DNA of 61,504 bases from a virus. Its lineage: Duplodnaviria; Caudoviricetes. Every line of letters starts with the position of its first letter. Position 1 is the stretch's first letter. The notes under the pieces were generated by a model, which was given only the letters and a program-made list of their open reading frames with translations, ran no database searches and was not told the origin of the DNA. The stretch is from the IMG/VR virus record IMGVR_UViG_3300022074_000039, positions 1 to 61,504 of that record; one strand, 5' to 3'. The position numbers were made by a program, and so were the translations under genes. Below are positions 1-7,514 of the stretch, piece by piece.

Positions 1-62
1 TGATTCCATAGCTTACACCACAGGTAATGGTCTTCCTGGTGATTTAACGTGTCGCTCAGTGG

Positions 63-106
63 TCCTGGTATCGACTTAGCCCACCTACCAGATTTAATTG
101 GTGGGT
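63..106 (-). ncRNA. H-type pseudoknot element
   Basis: Minus-strand stems CCCACC/GGTGGG and TCTGGTA/TACCAGG are interleaved. Both show compensatory changes in the right-hand copy. Confidence 0.6.
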
Positions 107-110
107 ACCG

Positions 111-276
111 TTGTAGCGATAGTGGGATTCGAACCCACCTTCGGACTTGTCCGCCCCTCTGCCGAGGTTATCGAAGGCTACCTTTGAACCTTTCAGGTGA
201 GTTAAACCCACCAAGACCTTCGAGGCGAATTGCTTCTGACGCCATCCCCTGTGTTCATGCAGGGTCGTTATCGCTA
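111..276 (-). ncRNA. tRNA-like structured RNA (left copy)
   Basis: 5' TAGCGATA pairs with 3' TATCGCTA-CAA, directly after T-arm GTGGG-TTCGAAT-CCCAC. Several internal hairpins; downstream of a consensus promoter. Confidence 0.65.
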
Positions 277-336
277 TGTGTCGGGGACTCATCCACCGTC
301 TTGAGTGGACAGCTCAACCATCAATCGGTTGCCCTA

Positions 337-369
337 CAAAGGTAAGGAATAAAATCGTTAAGTTCCAAA
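337..369 (-). promoter_or_regulatory. Bacteroidota sigma-A type promoter
   Basis: TTTG-N21-TACCTTTG on the minus strand with an upstream AAAAATAAA tract. Confidence 0.85.
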
Positions 370-384
370 TTTATTTTTGTAACT

Positions 385-645
385 CTATGAGTTAGAGTCG
401 TTTACAACCACCCCATCGACCTGATGAGAGTAGCACCAATGACCATCGTCAAGTGTGAGTACGTAGTTGTCTTGTAGGTGTAACACCTCATCCACTTCGT
501 TTCCGTATTTCTCGCTTGGATGGTAGGTTTTTTCGATGGCTACAACGCCTGCTACGGTTCTAGCGTCACGCCCAAATCCTCCGCGATACACGACTTTAGT
601 GCCTATGCGGATTGGTAATCGTTCGTTCAAAAATTTTGTTTTCAT
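385..645 (-). CDS. Hypothetical early protein
   Basis: ORF; start moved to MKTKFLNER because the upstream part is occupied by another small gene; conserved in the repeat copy. Confidence 0.75.
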   Translation of the reverse strand: MKTKFLNERLPIRIGTKVVYRGGFGRDARTVAGVVAIEKTYHPSEKYGNEVDEVLHLQDNYVLTLDDGHWCYSHQVDGVVVNDSNS

Positions 646-646
646 C

Positions 647-763
647 TTAGATGTCGTTTTCATATTCATATGCTCGGTCTGCTTCTTCCATGATGTCATA
701 CTCATATGCATCATCGTCATCGCTTGGGTAGTCATACCCCTCTCGCCATCGAGTCAATTTCAT
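647..763 (-). CDS. Small acidic protein (38 aa, MKLTRWREGYDYPSDDDD...)
   Basis: Not in the ORF track. Differences between the repeat copies are mostly synonymous in this frame (CGA GAG to AGA GAA; TAA to TGA stop). Confidence 0.65.
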   Translation of the reverse strand: MKLTRWREGYDYPSDDDDAYEYDIMEEADRAYEYENDI

Positions 764-929
764 TGTCTCTGATTATAGTTAGGTCAAAACGTGTTCCCTT
801 GAAAGCATCCTCCAATATCTTGGAGTTACCGCCATCGGCTTGCATATATGCGCAGATCAATGCGTTTTCGAATCCGCCACACGTCTTGCGCCGTTCGTAC
901 AAGGCGTCGATTTGTTCTTGAGTTTTCAT
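732..929 (-). CDS. Hypothetical early protein
   Basis: ORF with ATGA overlap to the upstream gene; 6 aa shorter in the right copy. Confidence 0.7.
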   Translation of the reverse strand: MKTQEQIDALYERRKTCGGFENALICAYMQADGGNSKILEDAFKGTRFDLTIIRDNEIDSMARGV

Positions 930-1078
930 TGTATTGAGTAGTTAACAAGGTTAATATTCGTTTTGTTTGAGAATGCTTCTGCGACTAAGGCACAGCCCCC
1001 GTAATCACGAGTATCTGTGAAGTATGCATATGCATCAATGAGTTCGGGAATCGTGAACTCCATAAAGTGGTTTATCAT
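926..1078 (-). CDS. Hypothetical protein (50 aa, MINHFMEF...)
   Basis: Read by hand; fills the gap, TAACAC-G-ATG start context, stop overlaps the next ATG. Confidence 0.6.
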   Translation of the reverse strand: MINHFMEFTIPELIDAYAYFTDTRDYGGCALVAEAFSNKTNINLVNYSIQ

Positions 1079-1089
1079 CGTGTTAGGCG

Positions 1090-1485
1090 TTAGCAGTACA
1101 TTACTTCTCCGAAGAGCGACAGCTGAAGGAATACGTCTGCCGTAGTGGCATCGTCATTCTCCTGAATCAAATCATCGAGATGATGGGGGTAATCGTTAGC
1201 CATCAGTTGCATTGCCTTACACATGGAGTCCCAATTCAAGGGATAAACACCATCGGAGAACTCATCGGCTATCAGCACTTGGTGCTTTGCGTTACCCCTT
1301 AGGTATGCAAACACCTGAGGCTCCCAACATTCGGGAATATCCAAGTCAGCCAACGCTTCGGGGTTCTCTTTAGCCCACTTGTAGGCTTTTTCAAGTTCAC
1401 CGTCGAGGGCGGTGTAGTCACGGTATGATGCATTACACATCATGTTAAGCATATGCGTATCGGGGATTTCAACAGTCAATTTCAT
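1090..1485 (-). CDS. Hypothetical early protein
   Basis: Start MKLTVEIPD overlaps the previous stop (ATGA); C-terminal DATTADVFLQLSLFGEVMY resembles a recurrent phage early-protein motif. Confidence 0.75.
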   Translation of the reverse strand: MKLTVEIPDTHMLNMMCNASYRDYTALDGELEKAYKWAKENPEALADLDIPECWEPQVFAYLRGNAKHQVLIADEFSDGVYPLNWDSMCKAMQLMANDYPHHLDDLIQENDDATTADVFLQLSLFGEVMYC

Positions 1486-1796
1486 TTGATTGGGATTTCG
1501 AAGTTTGGAACGCCTAAGGTGTAGCCTTGGCGTGAGTCGTGGAGAATGAGCATCGGATGGATGTCGATGGGATTGCCATCGCCCCAAACGTCGATGCCCT
1601 CTCCAATCACACCTTTTTCTTGTAGGTATGTATATGCTTGTGTCAGGATATTGCCTGTCGCATAATCGTAAGGCAAGAACTTGGTGACGTTGTTACGTTC
1701 ATCCTTGATTCTAACCCTTGCACCTCTGGTGTTAGTCGGACCGTAGAACTGAACGTGTATGGAACGGAGTCGGGGGATTGAAGCATTAAAAGGCAT
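1482..1796 (-). CDS. Hypothetical early protein
   Basis: ORF with YGPTNTRGARV motif; follows a promoter and AATCAAAATCTTTAACAC leader. Confidence 0.8.
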   Translation of the reverse strand: MPFNASIPRLRSIHVQFYGPTNTRGARVRIKDERNNVTKFLPYDYATGNILTQAYTYLQEKGVIGEGIDVWGDGNPIDIHPMLILHDSRQGYTLGVPNFEIPIK

Positions 1797-1840
1797 AGTG
1801 TTAAAGATTTTGATTGGACAGCGTCGTTGCTGTCGCGTTA

Positions 1841-1873
1841 ATAAGTTAAGGATGAAAATTCGGAACTTCCAAA
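1841..1873 (-). promoter_or_regulatory. Bacteroidota-type promoter (variant -7 element)
   Basis: AAAAATAAA-TTTG-N21-TAACTTAT. Confidence 0.65.
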
Positions 1874-1882
1874 TTTATTTTT

Positions 1883-2509
1883 TTACCCTATGGGTATCGA
1901 TTCGGTTTTTAGCCATCGGTTACGCATCACGACCCATACGATGGCCTGAAGCTCGTAAGGCTTATAATCAAGGCGTAACGCGACATTCACGAAGTGAGTT
2001 TGGAATCGGTCGTACTGCTTTAGGGTGAAGGTCTCAGGCGTTTTCCTTGGCTTCAACGAAGTTGTGCTGAAGGCTCTTGCCATCCACTTGTCAAGCGTTA
2101 CGACTGACTCGTCACGATCCCCCACGTTTAACGCAAAGGCATACGTCTTAGGCGAGTCCTTGGTGATGGATACAGCTCCACCACGAATACCCCAAGCCCT
2201 GACCTTGTTAGCGTTGTAAGTGCAAACCTTGAAGTCGTCAAGCGTCAGGCCATCTGCATATGCCTGACACAAAGTCCAAGCGTCAACCTTGTTGCGAGGC
2301 CACTTGTTGTTTGGTGATAATGCCGAGATGATAGCGGCGGCCATTACTCTGGTAATGCTGAAATCATCTGACAGCAACTGAGCAAAGGCCATCGCGTCAT
2401 CGTACCACTCGATTCCATCGCGTAACTCCTGAGGCGTGGCTCGCCTTAGGTGTACTGCAATGCGCTTCGTGGCATCGTTGAGTTTGATGTTTGAGATTGA
2501 TGTTACCAT
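1883..2509 (-). CDS. Conserved phage protein, possibly DNA-glycosylase-like fold
   Basis: Motifs WY...SALSP..W..N, KT.AF..N, VTLDKWM, ELQAIVW; start taken at MVTSISN. Confidence 0.6.
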   Translation of the reverse strand: MVTSISNIKLNDATKRIAVHLRRATPQELRDGIEWYDDAMAFAQLLSDDFSITRVMAAAIISALSPNNKWPRNKVDAWTLCQAYADGLTLDDFKVCTYNANKVRAWGIRGGAVSITKDSPKTYAFALNVGDRDESVVTLDKWMARAFSTTSLKPRKTPETFTLKQYDRFQTHFVNVALRLDYKPYELQAIVWVVMRNRWLKTESIPIG

Positions 2510-2531
2510 GTTATGGTGATTTAATGGCAAC

Positions 2532-2554
2532 AAAAAAGCACTCCGTAGAGCGCC
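2532..2554 (-). terminator. Rho-independent terminator
   Basis: GGCGCTC-TACG-GAGTGCT followed by a T run on the minus strand. Confidence 0.7.
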
Positions 2555-2584
2555 TTTTCGTGTGCCGTGTTATACATATACGCC

Positions 2585-2740
2585 TTACTCGTCTTCTAGA
2601 TGTTCATTGAGCAAATCAATAGCACCTTGGACTGCTTCGTCATCTTGACTGAAGAATTTTGAACTGCTGTCTAAGTTGAACAATTGGAATTCTTCCAATT
2701 TATCAACTAACTGCTGAATTTGTTCTTTTGATAATTGCAT
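2585..2740 (-). CDS. Small acidic protein (51 aa, MQLSKEQIQQ...)
   Basis: Read by hand; fills the gap before the terminator. Confidence 0.65.
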   Translation of the reverse strand: MQLSKEQIQQLVDKLEEFQLFNLDSSSKFFSQDDEAVQGAIDLLNEHLEDE

Positions 2741-2778
2741 AGCAAAGAAATTTTTGAAGGTTTAATATTAATCTACGA

Positions 2779-3465
2779 TTAGAAATTCAATTCGATTTGA
2801 CCTGTTGTTTCATCCGTGTTGATTGACGCTAACAACTCCGCTTCTAACGCCTCACGCTTGGCTTGCTGGATGGCTTGTCGTCGGACGGCATCCTGAGGTG
2901 ACTCCCCTTCGTTTAGGCTGAAAGCACATTCATTCGGAATCGAGCCGTTATGTTGCTTCTTTTGAGCAACCTTAGCAGCCTTGGCTGCCGCATTACGCTT
3001 ACCAAGGCTTTCAACAGCCTTCCTCGCCTTAGGCACTGAGGCCGTCTTACGCTTCGACTTGGTGATGGGGCCGACCTCCTTCGGTTGGCGCTTCATCTCA
3101 TCGGAATCGGCGACAATCTCAGAAGGGGTACGTTTGGTTGACGTGGCCTTCTTCGCCTTACGCTTCGCCTTACGCTTGGCTTTCGGTTTCGGCTCGGCTT
3201 CCGTAGGGATTTGAACCAAACCCTGCTCGACAAGGAACTCGACAACAGCCTCCAAATCCACAGGAACTGAAGGTGCGGATTTCGCCTTAGGCTTCGCGGC
3301 CTTCGGCTTGGGTTGCTCCATGAACTTGACATAGTTCCATAGGGCGTTGATAGCTTTCAAGGCCTCGTCCTTCCTACCCTTGGTAGGATTGAAGGCGACT
3401 TTGTTGACTGACTTGGTTACTTCCTGAAGTAACTGTACACGGTTGGGTTGCTTGGCGTTTGCCAT
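2779..3465 (-). CDS. Lys/Ala-rich basic protein, first gene of the early arm
   Basis: PKPKAAKPKAK and KAKRKAKRKAKK tracts; start MANAKQP lies downstream of the promoter at 3510-3542. Confidence 0.8.
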   Translation of the reverse strand: MANAKQPNRVQLLQEVTKSVNKVAFNPTKGRKDEALKAINALWNYVKFMEQPKPKAAKPKAKSAPSVPVDLEAVVEFLVEQGLVQIPTEAEPKPKAKRKAKRKAKKATSTKRTPSEIVADSDEMKRQPKEVGPITKSKRKTASVPKARKAVESLGKRNAAAKAAKVAQKKQHNGSIPNECAFSLNEGESPQDAVRRQAIQQAKREALEAELLASINTDETTGQIELNF

Positions 3466-3509
3466 GACATAGAGATTTTGATGAACCAACAACGGCGTCG
3501 ATTCGGGGC

Positions 3510-3542
3510 CAAAGTTACTGCGACGAATCCTATAAATCCAAA
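3510..3542 (-). promoter_or_regulatory. Bacteroidota sigma-A type promoter
   Basis: TTTG-N21-TAACTTTG. Confidence 0.85.
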
Positions 3543-3549
3543 TTTGATT

Positions 3550-4000
3550 TCGCTGATATAAGTTATCCCCCTAAAGGGGAGATAGGTCGGCATCAGAACC
3601 ATGTATGCGTATGCGGTGTGCATACGTGTATGCATATGCGAAGCTTCCTGCGTGAAGGGGAGCCGATTCTGTTCCGATGGCCCGACCGATAATGCCAACA
3701 CAAAAGGTTCGACTACTGTCGAAAGCAAAGCCAATACTAACACAAAACAGCAAACAAAAAGCTGGAAATGTGTGCAGAAACTGTACGTCAAGCAAGGCAC
3801 GGGGTTTCCATGTGCGATTTCCTATGTGTGTGCGTAGCGTGTGTATATATATATAATCCCCCAGATCTGTACTTCTGATCAAAAACCAAAAAAAAGGAGA
3901 AGGAGCGGGGGTAAAAGGAGGGGGGGTATATATGTGTCCACTTTTTAAACACACCTTTCCCTAAATATCGTCTAAGGAACTGTACATTTTGTTTCAAGGG
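3550..4000. other. Non-coding divergence region; candidate genome end/packaging site or origin
   Basis: Lies between divergent promoters; alternating purine-pyrimidine tracts, A runs and G runs. Confidence 0.45.
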
Positions 4001-4032
4001 GTTGACTTTTTAAAAAAAAAGCTGTAACTTTG
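4001..4032 (+). promoter_or_regulatory. Bacteroidota-type promoter
   Basis: GTTG-N20-TAACTTTG at the start of the plus-strand arm. Confidence 0.7.
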
Positions 4033-4165
4033 CCTTACATTGTTAGTGATGACGCTCAACAAGTTGTTTTAAACATTACAGTGGTTCTTATTTGAGTGCG
4101 TGTACGCACTTTAGAACAAACTCACGTCAATCAAACTCAGTGGCTGTAAAGGCACAAGGACTGTC

Positions 4166-4300
4166 ATGATAGTAAAGAGGAAGAATACCTACGAGATCCG
4201 CAGCAAAAAGGGGAAGTTGCTAGGTAAGTTCTTGACTGAGAAGGCTGCTAAGAAGAGATTGCGGCAGATTGAGTTCTTTAAAAACAAAAAAAATAAATAA
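4166..4300 (+). CDS. Small basic protein (44 aa, MIVKRKNTYEIRS...RLRQIEFFK)
   Basis: Read by hand; below the ORF track cutoff. Confidence 0.7.
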   Translation: MIVKRKNTYEIRSKKGKLLGKFLTEKAAKKRLRQIEFFKNKKNK

Positions 4301-4302
4301 GC

Positions 4303-4310
4303 TATATTTG
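4303..4310 (+). promoter_or_regulatory. -7 element TATATTTG
   Basis: TAnnTTTG 4 nt before ATG 4315. Confidence 0.6.
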
Positions 4311-4314
4311 TGGC

Positions 4315-4740
4315 ATGGCAGTATTGACAGTCACAATTAAAGAGGAGGTTACTTTGAATGGTAGCCTCAAGACGTTTGAGAACGTCCACACTGAAACAGT
4401 AGATGACATCTTCCATAGGATCTATGGGGTGCTGCACACGGCTGAGTCCGAGCTGTTGAACTTTGCCACAGCAGATGCTGGTGGTGTATTCTCTGATGCA
4501 GACTTAGATTACTTGAGAATAACCAATCTAGACTCAACTAATTTCATAACTGTTCGTGTTCTTGGGAGCTCCAAAGAGTATTTTGTAAAGATCGAGGCGG
4601 GGGACAGCCTTATTTTAAATAACTCTATTATAGATGCAAACGCAACAGGATCTCAATCCTTTAGTTCGGGCAACATTGATAGCATAAAAGCTCAAGCAGA
4701 CAGCGCCACAGTAAACGTAGAAATACTAGCATTAGCATGA
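4315..4740 (+). CDS. Putative virion structural protein
   Basis: Beta-rich; shares YL.(I)TN/KN and K..AG(D/E) motifs with 24969 and 25370. Confidence 0.7.
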   Translation: MAVLTVTIKEEVTLNGSLKTFENVHTETVDDIFHRIYGVLHTAESELLNFATADAGGVFSDADLDYLRITNLDSTNFITVRVLGSSKEYFVKIEAGDSLILNNSIIDANATGSQSFSSGNIDSIKAQADSATVNVEILALA

Positions 4741-5573
4741 AGCACATTAAGAAGCACGGTGGTATCCACACCATGAAAAAAGGAGGTATGTATGACGCCA
4801 TCATGAAGTTCATGGGTGGTGGCAACATGGAATACATGCAGGAAGGTGGTAAGCCCGATTTTTTGGACCTAGACAAAGACGGTAACAAGACAGAATCCAT
4901 GAAGTCTGCCGCTGCTTCTGCTAAGGAGATGGGTAAGGGTGGCCGCATGTACAGAATGGGTGGTATGAATGAGATGGGCCACGGAGGCGTACACAAGTAC
5001 CCACATGGTGGCGTTCATAACGACGATTCTTCTTCAGATATTCAAGTCATGGCTAAGGACAGCTATAAAACAGCTGATGATCCTCAACCAGGAAGAGACT
5101 TCATATATTTGGTAGATGGACAGCCTACTGATTTCACTCACTCCGACATAGCTAACTTGCTTCAGTCTGAAGGTATTACTGGAAAAAACCTGAACACCAG
5201 AATGAGCGAACTCTTCACTAGCTTTCCCTCAAGAGGTGGAAGCGTCGAAGAGGAGAGAGCTTTCAGGAAAAGACAGATGGACAAGGTTTTGAAAGATGTG
5301 GAGAGTATCGCCTTGGCTGAGAAACGTGTTGAAGGCGGAGGGCAGTACATAGCACCCACAATGGGAACGGGAGCAATGGGTAAGGTAGGACTGGGTAGAT
5401 TAATAAAAAGTGTTCGAAGAGGAGATGAGGCCAAGGCTACTGACGTTGGATTCATGTCCAATGAGGATCAAATGAAAATGACGAAGCTTGGGGAAATGCA
5501 AGAAGGAACCCCCAAGAATGTCAATACCGACGAATTCTTGAGGGCCCTTGCTCGAAACTTTCGAGGAAGTTAA
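4737..5573 (+). CDS. Hypothetical protein with xxGG repeats and a DxDxDG motif; putative internal head protein
   Basis: KKHGG, KKGGM, MGGG, QEGG, GKGG, GHGG, YPHGG; DLDKDGNKTE. Confidence 0.75.
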   Translation: MKHIKKHGGIHTMKKGGMYDAIMKFMGGGNMEYMQEGGKPDFLDLDKDGNKTESMKSAAASAKEMGKGGRMYRMGGMNEMGHGGVHKYPHGGVHNDDSSSDIQVMAKDSYKTADDPQPGRDFIYLVDGQPTDFTHSDIANLLQSEGITGKNLNTRMSELFTSFPSRGGSVEEERAFRKRQMDKVLKDVESIALAEKRVEGGGQYIAPTMGTGAMGKVGLGRLIKSVRRGDEAKATDVGFMSNEDQMKMTKLGEMQEGTPKNVNTDEFLRALARNFRGS

Positions 5574-5977
5574 TATTCTTCTAGTAAAAAGTCTGTGTAG
5601 TTATCCTGTCCCCCTACAGTAAGGGACACGATAGGAGATGGTTCTACGACCTGTGCGCTTACATTTCCAAGCCCGTCCTGCACTACGTAGGCACTAAAGC
5701 TGTGAGTGAACTCGCCGTCTCGGTTGTACATATCTACAATCACGAGAGATCCTAAGGCGAGGGCGGTGCTGTTCCTTCCGCACATCTGACCACCAGGAAG
5801 CAGCTGAGTTTTATTGGCTCGTTGATTTACGTTTCCGTCACGATCAACGAAGAACACATCAGCGAATGTGTAATCCAAGTAATTGAACGGGGCGATATCG
5901 ATGTTGTACTGGACAGCATCTTGTGCGCTGAGCGCTGTTGTGGCGATTAAGCCGAAGATTAAAATAAGATTTTTCAT
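5570..5977 (-). CDS. Secreted hypothetical protein
   Basis: Signal peptide MKNLILIFGLIATTALSA-Q typical of Bacteroidota; antisense to its neighbours. Confidence 0.75.
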   Translation of the reverse strand: MKNLILIFGLIATTALSAQDAVQYNIDIAPFNYLDYTFADVFFVDRDGNVNQRANKTQLLPGGQMCGRNSTALALGSLVIVDMYNRDGEFTHSFSAYVVQDGLGNVSAQVVEPSPIVSLTVGGQDNYTDFLLEEY

Positions 5978-6065
5978 AGCAAATAACTGTTTTTGATTGT
6001 TTTGTAAATTCGGTTTGCTGATCTCAGTATAGGGGTAAAAAACCATTGCCTCCAAATTTTTTACA

Positions 6066-6073
6066 TAACTTTG
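6066..6073 (+). promoter_or_regulatory. -7 element TAACTTTG
   Basis: Intergenic, upstream of the endolysin. Confidence 0.5.
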
Positions 6074-6154
6074 CTATATTCAATCATAGATTGAAAAAAT
6101 ATTACCACAACCCTCGTATCAAACGAATAGACCCCTCTTGGGTAGCCAATCGAA

Positions 6155-6625
6155 ATGCAGTTAAGCAAAAACCTATCACTGAAAGAAGTCGTGAAATCCA
6201 ACACGGCCAGCCGCCTTGGGATCGATAACACGCCCGAAGACTGGGAGATCGAAAACCTCAAGGCTGTAGCAAAGAATGTATTCCAACCTATCCGCGATCA
6301 CTTCGATGTGCCGATTGCTGTAAGCTCTGGATACAGAGGAAAGGAGCTGAACAAAGCTATAGGAGGGAGCAAGTACTCTCAGCACATGGTAGGGGAAGCC
6401 CTCGACTTAGATGCCGACGTCTACGGTCGTATCACGAATGCAGATATCTTCAACTTTGTGAAAGACAACCTGGTGTGGGACCAGATGATCTGGGAGTTTG
6501 GAGATAACGAAGAACCCAACTGGGTGCATATCTCCTACAAGTCTATAGGGAAAAACCGCAAACAGATTAAGAGAGCCCACAGAGACAAAAAGAATAGAGT
6601 TTATTACACTGTAGAAAATGCCTAA
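6155..6625 (+). CDS. Endolysin, peptidase M15 family
   Basis: SSGYR, SQH..G.A.D and WVHIS zinc-peptidase motifs. Confidence 0.9.
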   Translation: MQLSKNLSLKEVVKSNTASRLGIDNTPEDWEIENLKAVAKNVFQPIRDHFDVPIAVSSGYRGKELNKAIGGSKYSQHMVGEALDLDADVYGRITNADIFNFVKDNLVWDQMIWEFGDNEEPNWVHISYKSIGKNRKQIKRAHRDKKNRVYYTVENA

Positions 6626-6752
6626 GCAAGTATTTAACTATTCCCCTGGGGACAGCAAGCGTAAGCGCCCAGGAGTACATGCCAAGACAAAGACGTCTAG
6701 CAACAAACAAAGCAAAAGCTACAAGAAGGCTTATCGCGGGCAGGGCCGTTAA
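6618..6752 (+). CDS. Small basic protein (44 aa, ends YKKAYRGQGR)
   Basis: Read by hand; overlaps the endolysin stop. Confidence 0.7.
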   Translation: MPKQVFNYSPGDSKRKRPGVHAKTKTSSNKQSKSYKKAYRGQGR

Positions 6753-7168
6753 AGTGAGTTGTAGAAGCGCTGTACCGCTAGCCTGCCTTTCTGCGACATC
6801 GCATAACGAACTCTGTAGTTATATTTTGTTTCATCACGGAACAAATGATCTTCCATTGTTTGAGAAGGACTAAGCTTGTCGAAGTGCTTGTACAGATATC
6901 CAGCATTTACTAGCGGGTATATGATTCTATCCGACATGCTGTTCCTGTTTATCTGATAGTTTTCTGCTGCCCACGATATAGTAAAGAATTCTAGGTCGTA
7001 TGCGAACAGCAAAAAGTGCAGATACGATTTGGTTAAGTCTGGGTTAGAATCAATAAAGCTGTCTGTTGCCGATCTTAAGTTTTTGAGGTGGTTATGCTTG
7101 ACATATTTCTTGGGCATAAAAGAAACATCTCTGAACATCCTCTTCTTAGTAACTGTCGATTTCGGCAT
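6749..7168 (-). CDS. Putative winged-helix DNA-binding protein
   Basis: I.PLVNAGYL...Y.MSQKGR pattern typical of MarR-like wHTH. Confidence 0.6.
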   Translation of the reverse strand: MPKSTVTKKRMFRDVSFMPKKYVKHNHLKNLRSATDSFIDSNPDLTKSYLHFLLFAYDLEFFTISWAAENYQINRNSMSDRIIYPLVNAGYLYKHFDKLSPSQTMEDHLFRDETKYNYRVRYAMSQKGRLAVQRFYNSL

Positions 7169-7181
7169 CTATGATATGTTG

Positions 7182-7189
7182 TATATTTG
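7182..7189 (+). promoter_or_regulatory. -7 element TATATTTG
   Basis: Intergenic, before ORF 7209. Confidence 0.55.
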
Positions 7190-7208
7190 ATTCAAACGAA
7201 TTTACAAC

Positions 7209-7514
7209 ATGAGCCCTAGCGACACCCTCTTCTTTGCTGAAATGTATTCTCTAGTCAAGAAGATGGAGGAGACGATAGATGAGTTCGATATGAAGGATCG
7301 AACGATGGCATCAATCGTCATAGGCGTACTCGACTTAGACGCAATAGAATACGGAGAGACAGAGACAGAAATGAAGACCATGTACAGCTTTAACCTTCAA
7401 GACAGGGCAGAGCTAGAAACCGTAAAGTCGGTCATGGACAATGCGTACAAAGACGATGACGACGACGTCGATCTCGATGACTTCTTGGGAGGCTTGGGCA
7501 TATCCCTAAACTAA
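7209..7514 (+). CDS. Hypothetical acidic protein
   Basis: ORF coupled to the next gene. Confidence 0.75.
   Translation: MSPSDTLFFAEMYSLVKKMEETIDEFDMKDRTMASIVIGVLDLDAIEYGETETEMKTMYSFNLQDRAELETVKSVMDNAYKDDDDDVDLDDFLGGLGISLN

Larger units (their letters stand above)
1..3221 (+). repeat. Left copy of imperfect direct terminal repeat / circular overlap
   Basis: Matches 58066-61504. Offset is 58065 at the start and 58283 after ~365. SNPs and a swapped segment lie in the first ~930 bp; the rest appears identical. Confidence 0.95.

Noticed and set aside
1-110. Hammerhead or pistol ribozyme
   Set aside because: No CTGAnGA/GAAA core; TTAAAT and CTAAG fragments are present but I could not build the pistol architecture.
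111-276. tmRNA, canonical tRNA or ochre suppressor (loop GTTTAAC could present TTA)
   Set aside because: No GGGG start or G3-U70 pair, no tag ORF found, no proper D-arm; the TTA hairpin can zip to a 3-nt loop and is not at the anticodon position.
49-345. ORFs 49-345(+), 56-292(-), 58248-58472(+) as proteins
   Set aside because: 1-nt indels between the repeat copies break the frames, while the substitutions preserve RNA pairing.
3417-3997. ORFs in the divergent intergenic region
   Set aside because: Low-complexity translations of RY and homopolymer tracts; mutually overlapping and crossing a promoter.
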